NCBI GenBank assembly: GCA_041288045.1
Contig: JBGGMM010000222.1
Span: 1 to 38,060, forward strand
Origin: Pseudobdellovibrionaceae bacterium
GTDB taxonomy: Bacteria > Bdellovibrionota > Bdellovibrionia > Bdellovibrionales > Bdellovibrionaceae
Direction: 5' to 3'
DNA: 38,060 nucleotides
The stretch's first letter is position 1. Each line of letters begins with the position of its first letter. Of the stretch, positions 10,006-18,500 are shown one piece after another. The notes below the pieces were generated by a model, which did not search any database, was not told the DNA's origin, and saw only the letters and a program-made list of their open reading frames with translations. The translations under genes were made by a program, and so were the position numbers.

Positions 10006-10657
10006 AAAATGGCCGACCTGGGCTGAAAGCTTCATCAGCGAAGAAGAAGCTCAAAAAGTCAGCGAGGCTGTGACCAAAATTGAAACTAAAACCAGCGGCG
10101 AGGTCGTGCCGATGATCGTGCAAAGATCCTCGATGACCGGGCATTTGCCTTATATGATCACCTTGATTTTCTTGGTGGTTCTTTTGGTGTTTGAAGTGCC
10201 GCATATGGATTTTTTCGTTGCTTGGAATGCGACTTGGCTTTTGTTTTTGGTTTCTGCTTTGTGTTTGCTTGTTTCTTTTCCCATTTCTCGATTGCATTGG
10301 GTGCAAAGACTTTTGATTCCCAAAAAGGACCAATCCTTTGAAGTGGAAGAAAGAGCTCTGCTTGAATTTTATCAATCCGGTATCCCTGGCACTCGCGAGC
10401 GGACTGGGGTTTTGATTTTTGTGTCCTTGATGGAGCGAAAGGCCGTTGTTTTGGCCGATGAATCCATCACTAAAAAGCTCCCCCAAGAAACCTGGGCTCA
10501 GATTTGCCAGGATATGGTGGAAGGGATTAAAAAGGGCAAAACTGCCGAAGGATTGGTCCAAGCCATCCAAAGAAGCGGGGAGTTATTGGCCCAGCACTTT
10601 CCCCATGGCTCAGAAAATGACAATGAGCTCAGCAATCACTTGATTCTCAAAGAATAG
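9992..10657 (+). CDS. TPM-domain membrane protein (third gene of the lemA operon)
   Basis: IETKTSGEVV, TRERTGVLIFVS, NELSN. Start placed at GTG 9992, preceded by GGAGGAGG. Confidence 0.88.
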   Translation: MEAGKKWPTWAESFISEEEAQKVSEAVTKIETKTSGEVVPMIVQRSSMTGHLPYMITLIFLVVLLVFEVPHMDFFVAWNATWLLFLVSALCLLVSFPISRLHWVQRLLIPKKDQSFEVEERALLEFYQSGIPGTRERTGVLIFVSLMERKAVVLADESITKKLPQETWAQICQDMVEGIKKGKTAEGLVQAIQRSGELLAQHFPHGSENDNELSNHLILKE

Positions 10658-10688
10658 ATTGGCAAATTGGTCGGTCTAAATCGCGTAG

Positions 10689-10765
10689 GCACCCGTAGCT
10701 CAATTGGATAGAGTATTTGACTTCGGATCAAAGGGTTCCAGGTTCAAGTCCTGGCGGGTGCACCA
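10689..10765 (+). tRNA. tRNA-Arg, anticodon TCG (UCG)
   Basis: Acceptor GCACCCG/CGGGTGC plus ACCA; D-loop containing GGA (A20 Arg identity element); anticodon arm TTTGA-CT TCG GA-TCAAA; T arm CCAGG-TTCAAGT-CCTGG. Confidence 0.95.
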
Positions 10766-10915
10766 AATTTCACGCCAGTGAAATTTCCTCTAATTTCCAA
10801 TCTCCAATTTCCTCCCTCACAAAACCCCAATCTTCGACAAAGGCGTGAAATAGAAATTAGAATTTTCGAAATTAGAAATTAGAAATTAGAAAGAAGCCTT
10901 TTGTGTGAGATTGGA
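10765..10915. repeat. Structured AT-rich spacer with GAAATTA heptamer tandem repeats and nested inverted repeats
   Basis: GAAATTA-like units at about 10847-10892; AAATTTCAC/GTGAAATTT hairpin at 10765-10786; TCCAATCTC (10796) pairs with GAGATTGGA (10907). Confidence 0.7.
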
Positions 10916-10930
10916 CCAGCCCAAATCTTC

Positions 10931-11119
10931 CTAGTAGGCTTTTTCGGCAGCAAAAGCTTTGAGCTTTCCATTTTCGACATTGAAGGAAATTTGGATCGGT
11001 TGGCAGCAGACTTCACAGTCTTCGATGTAGGATTGAAAATCACTCACTGATAGATCTAAGAGCATTGAGATTTTTTCCAGGCAATAAGGGCATTTGAATT
11101 TCTTTTCGATTTCTTCCAT
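10931..11119 (-). CDS. CPXCG-motif cysteine-rich small protein
   Basis: CPYC...YIEDCEVCCQPI pattern; start at MEEIEKK. Confidence 0.85.
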   Translation of the reverse strand: MEEIEKKFKCPYCLEKISMLLDLSVSDFQSYIEDCEVCCQPIQISFNVENGKLKAFAAEKAY

Positions 11120-11433
11120 AAGTAGCTTTAAAACAGGGTTCTCTAAAATCTCGGCCTTATTCAATTTCAAACAGACTTGGCAACCAAATGCAATGGGTAA
11201 TCCGTGGAAGGCTTTCCTATAGCGGATTTCAAGAGTTCGTCGTCTGTCAAAGAAGCGCGCAGTGTTTTTTTCGCTGCTGACTAGATGAAGTGCTTATTTT
11301 TATTTTTCAATTCCACTCCACACTCACTAAACAGCTCTACTAAAAATGATTAGGACTTTCTGCCAGGTTTTTGCTCTCGCGACTAAAACTTTTGCGTCTT
11401 TGCAAAGCCTGATCATTTTGCAACACTTTTGTC

Positions 11434-11448
11434 GTCTCCTTCTGAGAC
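11434..11448. promoter_or_regulatory. Palindromic site GTCTCC-TTC-TGAGAC upstream of the GH16 gene
   Basis: One mismatch to GTCTCA-N3-TGAGAC; the palindrome extends by TC/GA on either side. Confidence 0.45.
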
Positions 11449-11505
11449 GATGGAAGCTCAACTCAACTATATCTGTTTTCCGCTCTCAAAATTCGATTTT
11501 CCCTC

Positions 11506-11522
11506 CTGGGCCTTCGCTTGCA
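11506..11522 (+). promoter_or_regulatory. Putative sigma54 (-24/-12) promoter
   Basis: CTGG-gccttcgc-TTGCA, with GG-N10-GC spacing; about 35 nt upstream of the ATG at 11556. Confidence 0.45.
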
Positions 11523-11555
11523 CTAGGAGGTTCGGGTAATCAAAACGGAGGTTCT

Positions 11556-13391
11556 ATGCGATTTTTGAAATATGCGATTGGGGTTTTTCTTTGGTGTGGC
11601 TGGTTGACAGCTCACGCCGGTCCTCCAGCTGGCTATCAGTGGGTGCAGACTTTTTCTGATGACTTCAATGGCACGGCACTGGATACATCCAAGTGGACCA
11701 ATGTGAATAACGACAAAGCCAATCGTTATAACACGGCGAACGTTTCTTTCGCGAATGGGTATATGACCATGAGGACGACTAAAAACGCCAGCGGTCTCCT
11801 TCAAGGCGCACGGATCGATACTCGTTTCTTAGAAGACAATCGGTCTAAATTTTCTCAGCTCTATGGCTACTTTGAAACTAGAGCCGAAGTGAACAATTCC
11901 TATGTGGCCCTTTGGCTGCACCACTATCCCGGCATGTTCCGAGTAGACAAGACGGGACATGACGGCACTGAGATCGACGTCATGGAAACCATGTACTATG
12001 GGAGAGAAAGCTTTTCGAACAATCTCCACTATGACAACTACGCGGAACCAGCACACGAACACAGGGGCAGTCCTGAACATTCGGCGCCAGGTCTTCGCAC
12101 AGGGTTTCACACTTTCGGTTTGGAGTGGGATCCTCAGTACCTGAAATTTTATTACGATGGAAAATTGGTCTGGACTTATCAGGGCGTTGCCATCCCCCTG
12201 GTCAAAGAATTTATGATCCTCTCCGTTGAGAATCACAATTGGACTTGCCCAACTACTGGCTGCATGGCTCGATTTGATTACATGAAAGTTTGGCAGAGAA
12301 CTGATCGTCCTGTTCCGCAAGCGCTGACTTTCGGAAGCATGGGGCAGGTGATTCGTCCCTCTGATGACACTTATGTCCGCGAAGGAACTTACGCTGGGCA
12401 AAACTTTGGTCAGCAGACGACTTTGGAAGTCAAAGCCGATGCGGATCCAAACTACCGTCGCAAAGTTTATATGAAATTCAGTTACCCAACTTACGCTTAT
12501 ACGACAGTGAAACAAGCGAAGCTGCGATTGTTTGTTAAATCCGTTAGTACCGATCCCTCTCGAACTGTGCGGGTTTTTGCGACCCTCAATAAAGCTTGGT
12601 ATGAAACAAGTCTGACAGCAACAGGTCCTGTTTCACCGGATATCTATTTGGGCGCTTTGAACATCACCAGTGCTGGCAAATATTACGAATTGGATCTCAC
12701 TCGATATGTCAATCAGCTCTTGGCCAGCTCGGCGGCGGATAAAAGGACATTGTCTCTCGCTCTATGGAACGAGGCTGATGGAACCCCAGGATCAGGTGTG
12801 GCCTTCACTTCGTCAGAAGACACCGTCAACCGTCCTGAGTTGAATTTGATTTCACCAACTGGTTCAACGACAACTCCGAATCCGACTTATCTGGCGAACA
12901 TCAATCCATCGGCGGATTCCTCAGTTCGTGATGGCACATACGCCACCACAAACTACGGAACTTCGACTCTCTTGGAGACAAAAGCAGATCCACTTGTCGG
13001 CTACAACCGCAAGTCTTACCTGACTTTCAACTTCTCAAGCGTCACGCAAGCCTACTCAGCAGCGAAGCTTCGACTGACACTGGCTTCAGTTGGTGCTGAT
13101 GCCAGCCGCACGATCAAAGTCTACGCGGTGACTGTGAAAAATTGGTCGGAAACTGGCATCAATTACAACAATGCTCCAGCCAAGTCCACTTTCCTCGGAA
13201 ACCTTGTGGTCGGAAAAACAGTGGGCTCAGTCTACGAACTGGATGTCACGAATTTCCTCAAGCAAAGTGTGCCTGATAAGATTCTCTCGATTGTAATCGT
13301 CAACGAGGGTACAAAGAGTGCCGGAGCAGCAGCCAATTTTGGCTCTCGCCAAGCGGGATCAGGAAAACCGGAACTGAGATTCTTGCCTTAA
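11556..13391 (+). CDS. Secreted GH16 glycoside hydrolase with two C-terminal DNRLRE/CBM96-like modules
   Basis: Signal peptide ending AHA; FSDDFNGTALDTSKW, YGYFETR, catalytic EIDVME, FHTFGLEW. Two repeats of PSxDxxVRxGTYAxxNxG...RKxYxxF...AKLRL...PEL. SD GGAGG. Confidence 0.85.
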   Translation: MRFLKYAIGVFLWCGWLTAHAGPPAGYQWVQTFSDDFNGTALDTSKWTNVNNDKANRYNTANVSFANGYMTMRTTKNASGLLQGARIDTRFLEDNRSKFSQLYGYFETRAEVNNSYVALWLHHYPGMFRVDKTGHDGTEIDVMETMYYGRESFSNNLHYDNYAEPAHEHRGSPEHSAPGLRTGFHTFGLEWDPQYLKFYYDGKLVWTYQGVAIPLVKEFMILSVENHNWTCPTTGCMARFDYMKVWQRTDRPVPQALTFGSMGQVIRPSDDTYVREGTYAGQNFGQQTTLEVKADADPNYRRKVYMKFSYPTYAYTTVKQAKLRLFVKSVSTDPSRTVRVFATLNKAWYETSLTATGPVSPDIYLGALNITSAGKYYELDLTRYVNQLLASSAADKRTLSLALWNEADGTPGSGVAFTSSEDTVNRPELNLISPTGSTTTPNPTYLANINPSADSSVRDGTYATTNYGTSTLLETKADPLVGYNRKSYLTFNFSSVTQAYSAAKLRLTLASVGADASRTIKVYAVTVKNWSETGINYNNAPAKSTFLGNLVVGKTVGSVYELDVTNFLKQSVPDKILSIVIVNEGTKSAGAAANFGSRQAGSGKPELRFLP

Positions 13392-13425
13392 TCGAGATCG
13401 ATCGGAAAAACAAAGACCTTCATCG

Positions 13426-13465
13426 ATCCCCACTCAGCCTTCATGTGAGTGGGGATTGTCTTTTT
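13426..13465. terminator. Hairpin between the convergent GH16 and ClC genes (likely bidirectional terminator)
   Basis: ATCCCCACTCA-9nt-TGAGTGGGGAT followed by TGTCTTTTT; A-rich run on the other side. Confidence 0.6.
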
Positions 13466-14783
13466 GGGGCGCTCGACCGTGCACAATCCGATGAGCCATC
13501 TGTTCATAAAACGACAGTGGATCAATCAGCTTGGCAGCACTCTGGGCAATGATCGCAGCGAGCATCAGGACGATGATCACATCATGGGTATCGGTCATCT
13601 CAAGCACTAGAATCAAAGAGGTGAAGGGAGTGCGGGTGAGGCCTGTCAGGAAAGCCACCATTCCGGCCAGCACCCAGACTTGGTGATGGAATTCGTGACC
13701 GAAGCTGCTGAGCCAGCTGCCAAAGGCAGCTCCTGTGGAAAGGGCCGGGGCGAAAATGCCGCCCACCACTCCGCCCGCATAGGTGAAGAGATTGCCGAAG
13801 CCTCGCACCCAGCCCAAGCTGAACGAAGCTGGGTTTTGATTTTCTGACAAGAGATTCACAATCACATCACGGCCCGAGCCAATGGCATTGCGTCCGAAAA
13901 AATAAAAAAGAGTGGCCATCAAAAGCCCCAGAACACAAGTGATCGAGTACTTTTGCCAATTTCTCTTTTGCGATCTCCAGTCCAAAAGAGCGATCACAGC
14001 TTTGGCAAACAGTGCGCCCAGAACGCCAATCAATGCCGCGGCAAAAATCAGTGGAATGATTTCCTGAGATTTCGGCGCTGCCAATTCAATTTTTCCAAAA
14101 TAAAGATAATTGCCCAAAATGGCTTGAGCCAGAAGTCCTGCGATGATCACTGCGTGAAAAACATAAGTGCGAATCTGGCTGATGTGGACTTTGGCCAGCT
14201 CCTCGATGGCAAAAATAATTCCACCCAAAGGCGTGTTGAAAGCCGAAGCCAGGCCGGCCGCTCCGCCAGCGAGAATCATGGATTGAATATTTGGGACTTT
14301 CTCTCGCGGTGCAAGCTTGGGCCAAAGCTTTTGCACTTGATTGAAAATCCCAGCCGAAATCTGCAGCATGGGGCCTTCGCGCCCCGTGATCCCACCACCG
14401 GCAATGCACAGACAAGAGCCGACAAATTTCACGGCTATCATCCGAAGGCTTAAAAGGCGGTCCATCAAAGGTGTCGGCTCTCGACTGATCTCCACAGCGG
14501 CCAGCAACTGCGGGATTCCACTCCCTGCCGCCAGCGGCGAAATCCACTGAGCCAGCGCAGTCGAAAGCATCATCGAAGAAGGAACCATGAAAAAAGCCCA
14601 GAGCGGATGAACCTCGCTCCAGTCAAAGGCGATTTTTTCAGACCAGCCAAAAACCCGCGCATAGACCACCGAAAAAAGTGCAGTGATGGCAGCACTGATC
14701 CAATAGGGGAGCATTCGGCGAGTGGAAGATTGAATATTGGAAACAGACGGAGCCAGCGTGGAGGGGAGCTTCAGCAAATTCAT
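13434..14783 (-). CDS. ClC-family Cl-/H+ antiporter without CBS domains
   Basis: GSGIPQ, GREGP (gating Glu), FNTPLGGIIFAIEE, GGIFAP. Start codon uncertain. Confidence 0.92.
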   Translation of the reverse strand: MNLLKLPSTLAPSVSNIQSSTRRMLPYWISAAITALFSVVYARVFGWSEKIAFDWSEVHPLWAFFMVPSSMMLSTALAQWISPLAAGSGIPQLLAAVEISREPTPLMDRLLSLRMIAVKFVGSCLCIAGGGITGREGPMLQISAGIFNQVQKLWPKLAPREKVPNIQSMILAGGAAGLASAFNTPLGGIIFAIEELAKVHISQIRTYVFHAVIIAGLLAQAILGNYLYFGKIELAAPKSQEIIPLIFAAALIGVLGALFAKAVIALLDWRSQKRNWQKYSITCVLGLLMATLFYFFGRNAIGSGRDVIVNLLSENQNPASFSLGWVRGFGNLFTYAGGVVGGIFAPALSTGAAFGSWLSSFGHEFHHQVWVLAGMVAFLTGLTRTPFTSLILVLEMTDTHDVIIVLMLAAIIAQSAAKLIDPLSFYEQMAHRIVHGRAPQKDNPHSHEG

Positions 14784-14921
14784 GGTGTCCTCAAGAGCCA
14801 AAGTTGTATCAGATTTTTCAGAAGGGTCATTTCGGCTCGCATCGAAACGCCGCGTCGTTTGTTTTCGGTCAGAAAACAAAATGAATTCGCTCATCCCTCA
14901 AATCTTTGGTAGAGACCGTGA

Positions 14922-16289
14922 ATGCAAATTCGGGCCATCCCTCTTTATTTCGCCTGTTTTCTCGTTATCGCGCTTTTGGCCACAGGCTGCGGCTCTTCGA
15001 AGCCCTCAGCTATCTCGTTGGCCCGTGAAGAAAGCCAAAAGCTTTACTCGACCCATGGCAAAGAAATTCAAGTGAGCTTTGAGGCTCTGTACGAAATCAA
15101 AGCCACAAGCCTTGAAGAGTTCAGGGCCCAGCCCGATTTGATCACGGAAGAAAAACTGTCCGCAGTCGCTTTCTTTCTGTATGGCCCGCTGGTCAGTCGC
15201 TCTTTGGGCTCGCCCCTGGAAGGTGAAAAATTTCAGATTTTCCGCAGTCAAGCCCAAGTCATCGATGGAGCGGTGATGGTTCCCTATCGATACAAGGGAA
15301 CTTGGCTGGTCACTCAGAAATTTTCAAAGAAAATTCAGAATGCTTTTCCAGTTCCCTACCAAGAGGATTTGCAAAGGACTCCGAAGTGGAAAAAATGCGG
15401 GGACTCTCAAGCCGAGCACCAGCATGTGGATTGGCTTTGGTATTTTTGGGATCCCAGTCGGGAAGGCTGTGATCAAGCTCCTTGGGTGGATTTTCAGAAT
15501 GTGAAATTGGAAATTCAAAGCGAAACCGCTCAGACCGAAAAATCCTACCCTGAGTATTCGCGAATGATCCACCAAAGACCCGGTGGGCGGGTCCTGGCGA
15601 TGACCTTTGCCTTTGGCTATTTCAATGAGGAATCTGGCAAGGATCCCTTTCAAGACAAAGACGCCGGAATGGTTCAGTTTCGCCAATTTCACAAAGAACT
15701 TGAAAAAATTCTCGAGCCAGAGGGATTTGAAATTCTTCCGGTCAAAGCATCCGTGTATGGGCCAGAGGACGGCCAGCGGATCGGAAGCCTTTTTCGAGGC
15801 AAGCAAGGCAATGTCAAAGTCGAAATCACAGTCGTCGCAGCAGTGCCTGAGGTTTCGCATTTGCAAATTTTTTCCACTAGTTTTGCTCAGAAAAAAGAAG
15901 CTTTCTTTGGTTGGTTTGGTCACTCCATGGTGGGCTCAGGATATGACTTGCAAAATTTCGAGAACCTTTTGCAAGCGCAGCCTCAGAAATACTCGATCAG
16001 TCAGGCCTATCAAATTGTTTATTGGAATGGCTGCAACAGCTACTCTTTTTTCACCAAGCCCTTGTTTCGCCTCAAAGGCGGTTCTCGAAATTTAGATATT
16101 CTTTCGAATGCATTGCCGTCTTTCTTTAATCTGAATGCCACGCAAGCTTCGATTCTTTTTAAGGCCTTCTGGAACCAGCAAGCGAAAACAAGTTACCAAA
16201 GTCTTCTGCAAAAGCTGGAAGGCGCCAATCACTCGGTCGTTGGCGAAAGATCTTTGGTCAATGTCCTGGGCGACGAGGACAATCCTTAA
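14922..16289 (+). CDS. Hypothetical lipoprotein, possible His/Cys peptidase-like domain
   Basis: Lipobox LATGC; 455-aa ORF; motifs FGHS and YWNGCNSY. Confidence 0.75.
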   Translation: MQIRAIPLYFACFLVIALLATGCGSSKPSAISLAREESQKLYSTHGKEIQVSFEALYEIKATSLEEFRAQPDLITEEKLSAVAFFLYGPLVSRSLGSPLEGEKFQIFRSQAQVIDGAVMVPYRYKGTWLVTQKFSKKIQNAFPVPYQEDLQRTPKWKKCGDSQAEHQHVDWLWYFWDPSREGCDQAPWVDFQNVKLEIQSETAQTEKSYPEYSRMIHQRPGGRVLAMTFAFGYFNEESGKDPFQDKDAGMVQFRQFHKELEKILEPEGFEILPVKASVYGPEDGQRIGSLFRGKQGNVKVEITVVAAVPEVSHLQIFSTSFAQKKEAFFGWFGHSMVGSGYDLQNFENLLQAQPQKYSISQAYQIVYWNGCNSYSFFTKPLFRLKGGSRNLDILSNALPSFFNLNATQASILFKAFWNQQAKTSYQSLLQKLEGANHSVVGERSLVNVLGDEDNP

Positions 16290-16484
16290 AGTCCGTTCTT
16301 TTCTTCCATTTTGGTCGCTTGGCTGTCGAAGCACTAGACACCCTCTAAGCTCTTGCAAGCACAAATTTTTTTGCCATCACTTGGGATCAGAATGAGCTAA
16401 AAGCCAAATTCTTGGCAATTTTCAAGCTGTGAAAAGGCACTGGCACGCTTGCATTTAAAAACCACAGGAACTCTGAGGTGTAAA

Positions 16485-16835
16485 ATGCAAAAGATAATGA
16501 TGGCTTTCATTTTGGTGATTGGTTTTGGCTTGAAGAGCTTTGCGGCTTCGGGAGCCAAAGAAGAGCTGACTTGTGGACTTGTCGTTGATGTGAAAAAAAT
16601 CGACCAACTCGTGGTTTTAAAGCCCCTCAATAAGGCCGGAGTTCTAGAGAACACTCAAGTGACTCGAATGGTTTTGCCTGATTCTGTCACCCTTGCCCAA
16701 ACAGTCAAAGGCAACCCACGCATGAAGTATTGCATTCAAATGCCTATTGCTCAGGGTGGTCGCTATAAGACTTGGGCCTCCGTGATGAAAAAAGGCTTGG
16801 CTAGCAACTCTCAGCGCCTGGGATCCATCGAATAA
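16485..16835 (+). CDS. Small secreted hypothetical protein
   Basis: SD GAGGTG; signal peptide ending SFA; two Cys. Confidence 0.7.
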   Translation: MQKIMMAFILVIGFGLKSFAASGAKEELTCGLVVDVKKIDQLVVLKPLNKAGVLENTQVTRMVLPDSVTLAQTVKGNPRMKYCIQMPIAQGGRYKTWASVMKKGLASNSQRLGSIE

Positions 16836-16925
16836 GCCCCGGCCGATTGATAAATGGCACAAAAGCCGCGTGTCTTTTCAGAATCTCGTTGAGAGCCTTG
16901 GAAAGCACGACTAAGAAGAAATCAA

Positions 16926-17831
16926 ATGAAATTCACCATTGAAACAGTCTCCAAAATGACCGGAATTCCGGCGCCCTCTCTGCGCAATTGGGAGAAGCGC
17001 TATGGCTTTCCCAATCCCGATCGCACCAGCGGTGGGCATCGCTATTACACGGTCTTGGATGTTGAATTTCTCAAAAAAGCCACCCATTGGATCGAAGAGG
17101 GACAAAGCCTCAATGAAATCGCCAGGCTCTATCGGCAGGAACACTCGATCGTTGCCAGTGACTCATCTTTTTCACCGGTTGATGACGTCACTTACCGGGT
17201 TCAATTGATTTACGAAGCACTCTTGAATTTTGATCAAATGGCGACTCTTCAGCACTATGCCACTCTCAGTGCGAAGCTCAGTGTAGAGCAGCTTTTTGAT
17301 CGGGTCTTTGAAAGCATTTTGAAGCGAGTCGGGCAGGATTGGACCAAGGGAAAAATCACAGTCGCGCAAGAGCACTTTGCCTCAGCTTTTATTCGCTTAA
17401 AGCTCTCAACTTTTCTGTCTTTGGATTTTCCGCCTACACAGAGCCCAAGGATTTTAACGACCACATTGACCGATGAGAGACATGAAGGCGGGCTAATGCT
17501 GATCGCGGCTCATTTGAAATTTCGCGGTTATCCTGTTTTTTATTTTGGAACCGATCTGCCAGCCGAAGACTTAAAGTCAGTGATTAAAGAAATTCGTCCT
17601 GATGTGATCTGTGTTTCCTATAGTGAAGTCGATCGTTTGAAGCGAGATGTGAAAGCCCTGACTCAATTGAAAATTCCGGTTTGTGTTGGCGGCATTGCCG
17701 CCTTTGACCCAGAAGTGAAAGTTTCTCATCCCTCTCTTTTTCTTTGTCAGAAGACAACTGGTAGCCAAGCGGCTCAATTTGTCGAAATGATTTGCCAATC
17801 TGAACAGCCTGAAAAATTGCCAAGTAACTGA
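16926..17831 (+). CDS. MerR-family regulator with a cobalamin-binding domain (CarH/LitR-like)
   Basis: LRNWEKRYG..RTSGGHRYY HTH; W-x9-EH (WTKGKITVAQEH); ExHxxG-x41-S..GG (ERHEGG..VSYS..VGG). Confidence 0.88.
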   Translation: MKFTIETVSKMTGIPAPSLRNWEKRYGFPNPDRTSGGHRYYTVLDVEFLKKATHWIEEGQSLNEIARLYRQEHSIVASDSSFSPVDDVTYRVQLIYEALLNFDQMATLQHYATLSAKLSVEQLFDRVFESILKRVGQDWTKGKITVAQEHFASAFIRLKLSTFLSLDFPPTQSPRILTTTLTDERHEGGLMLIAAHLKFRGYPVFYFGTDLPAEDLKSVIKEIRPDVICVSYSEVDRLKRDVKALTQLKIPVCVGGIAAFDPEVKVSHPSLFLCQKTTGSQAAQFVEMICQSEQPEKLPSN

Positions 17832-17924
17832 AATGCTTAGCGCTTCAAGTCGCATTTGACCTATTGTGTTATCGAAGGTTCTGTTGTATATCTTCCCCCT
17901 CACATTCAATCCCTGGGAGGACTC

Positions 17925-18488
17925 GTGTCTCATAACGACTTCGAAGCTGACGATATGGAAAACACTTCTTCAACGACACCTATGAACCCTCCAACCAAAG
18001 AAAAAGATGAAGATTTCGACGACGAGGATCTCGAAGGCGGCGAAGAAAAATTCGATATGTTCGGCGGTGGACCTGAGCTGGATAAGAATTTCGACAAAAT
18101 GGTGATCGGCGAAGAAGTCGAAGATGATATCGATTTGGATGAGATCGATAACATTTTGGAACTGAATGAAACTCAGTACCCACGTTTCACTTTGGCGAAG
18201 AACAAAGCTCGTTTTCTTCGTATGGTGAGCTGGTACCGGGCCAAAGAAGAGTGGATCGAAGTCGCTCCTTTGTCCGGTGTGACCAAGCTTTTCAAGCAGC
18301 AAACCAAAGAGCTTGAAGGCATTCGCTCCAGCAAATTGGATTATGAAATGGAGTTGGAAACAGGGACTTTGACCCCTTCTCAGCGCTCTTATCGAAAAGA
18401 CGAGCTGAAAATGTGCCGAGTCCAAGAAAAAATGGCTGTGCACTTGATTTCAAAACTTCAGTTGAAAATCAAATCCGGACGACGCTAA
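17925..18488 (+). CDS. Hypothetical protein with an acidic N-terminus and a basic helical C-terminus
   Basis: GTG at 17925 preceded by GGAGGA; long uninterrupted ORF. Confidence 0.8.
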   Translation: MSHNDFEADDMENTSSTTPMNPPTKEKDEDFDDEDLEGGEEKFDMFGGGPELDKNFDKMVIGEEVEDDIDLDEIDNILELNETQYPRFTLAKNKARFLRMVSWYRAKEEWIEVAPLSGVTKLFKQQTKELEGIRSSKLDYEMELETGTLTPSQRSYRKDELKMCRVQEKMAVHLISKLQLKIKSGRR

Positions 18489-18500
18489 AATTGTGAAACA

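Noticed and set aside
11370..11440. c-di-GMP-I riboswitch on the minus strand (GACGCAAAAG)
   Set aside because: It lacks the GGCAAAC..GAAA P2 stem; only a short word matches.
11346..11555. 70-aa N-terminal extension of the GH16 ORF
   Set aside because: The SD and signal peptide fit ATG 11556; the upstream sequence looks regulatory.
16440..16453. CTGGCACGCTTGCA as a sigma54 promoter
   Set aside because: The GG-to-GC spacing is 7 nt rather than the obligatory 10.
10689..16900. tRNA-anchored genomic island or prophage
   Set aside because: No integrase was seen and no duplicated tRNA 3' end (att site) was noticed; the genes merely look accessory.
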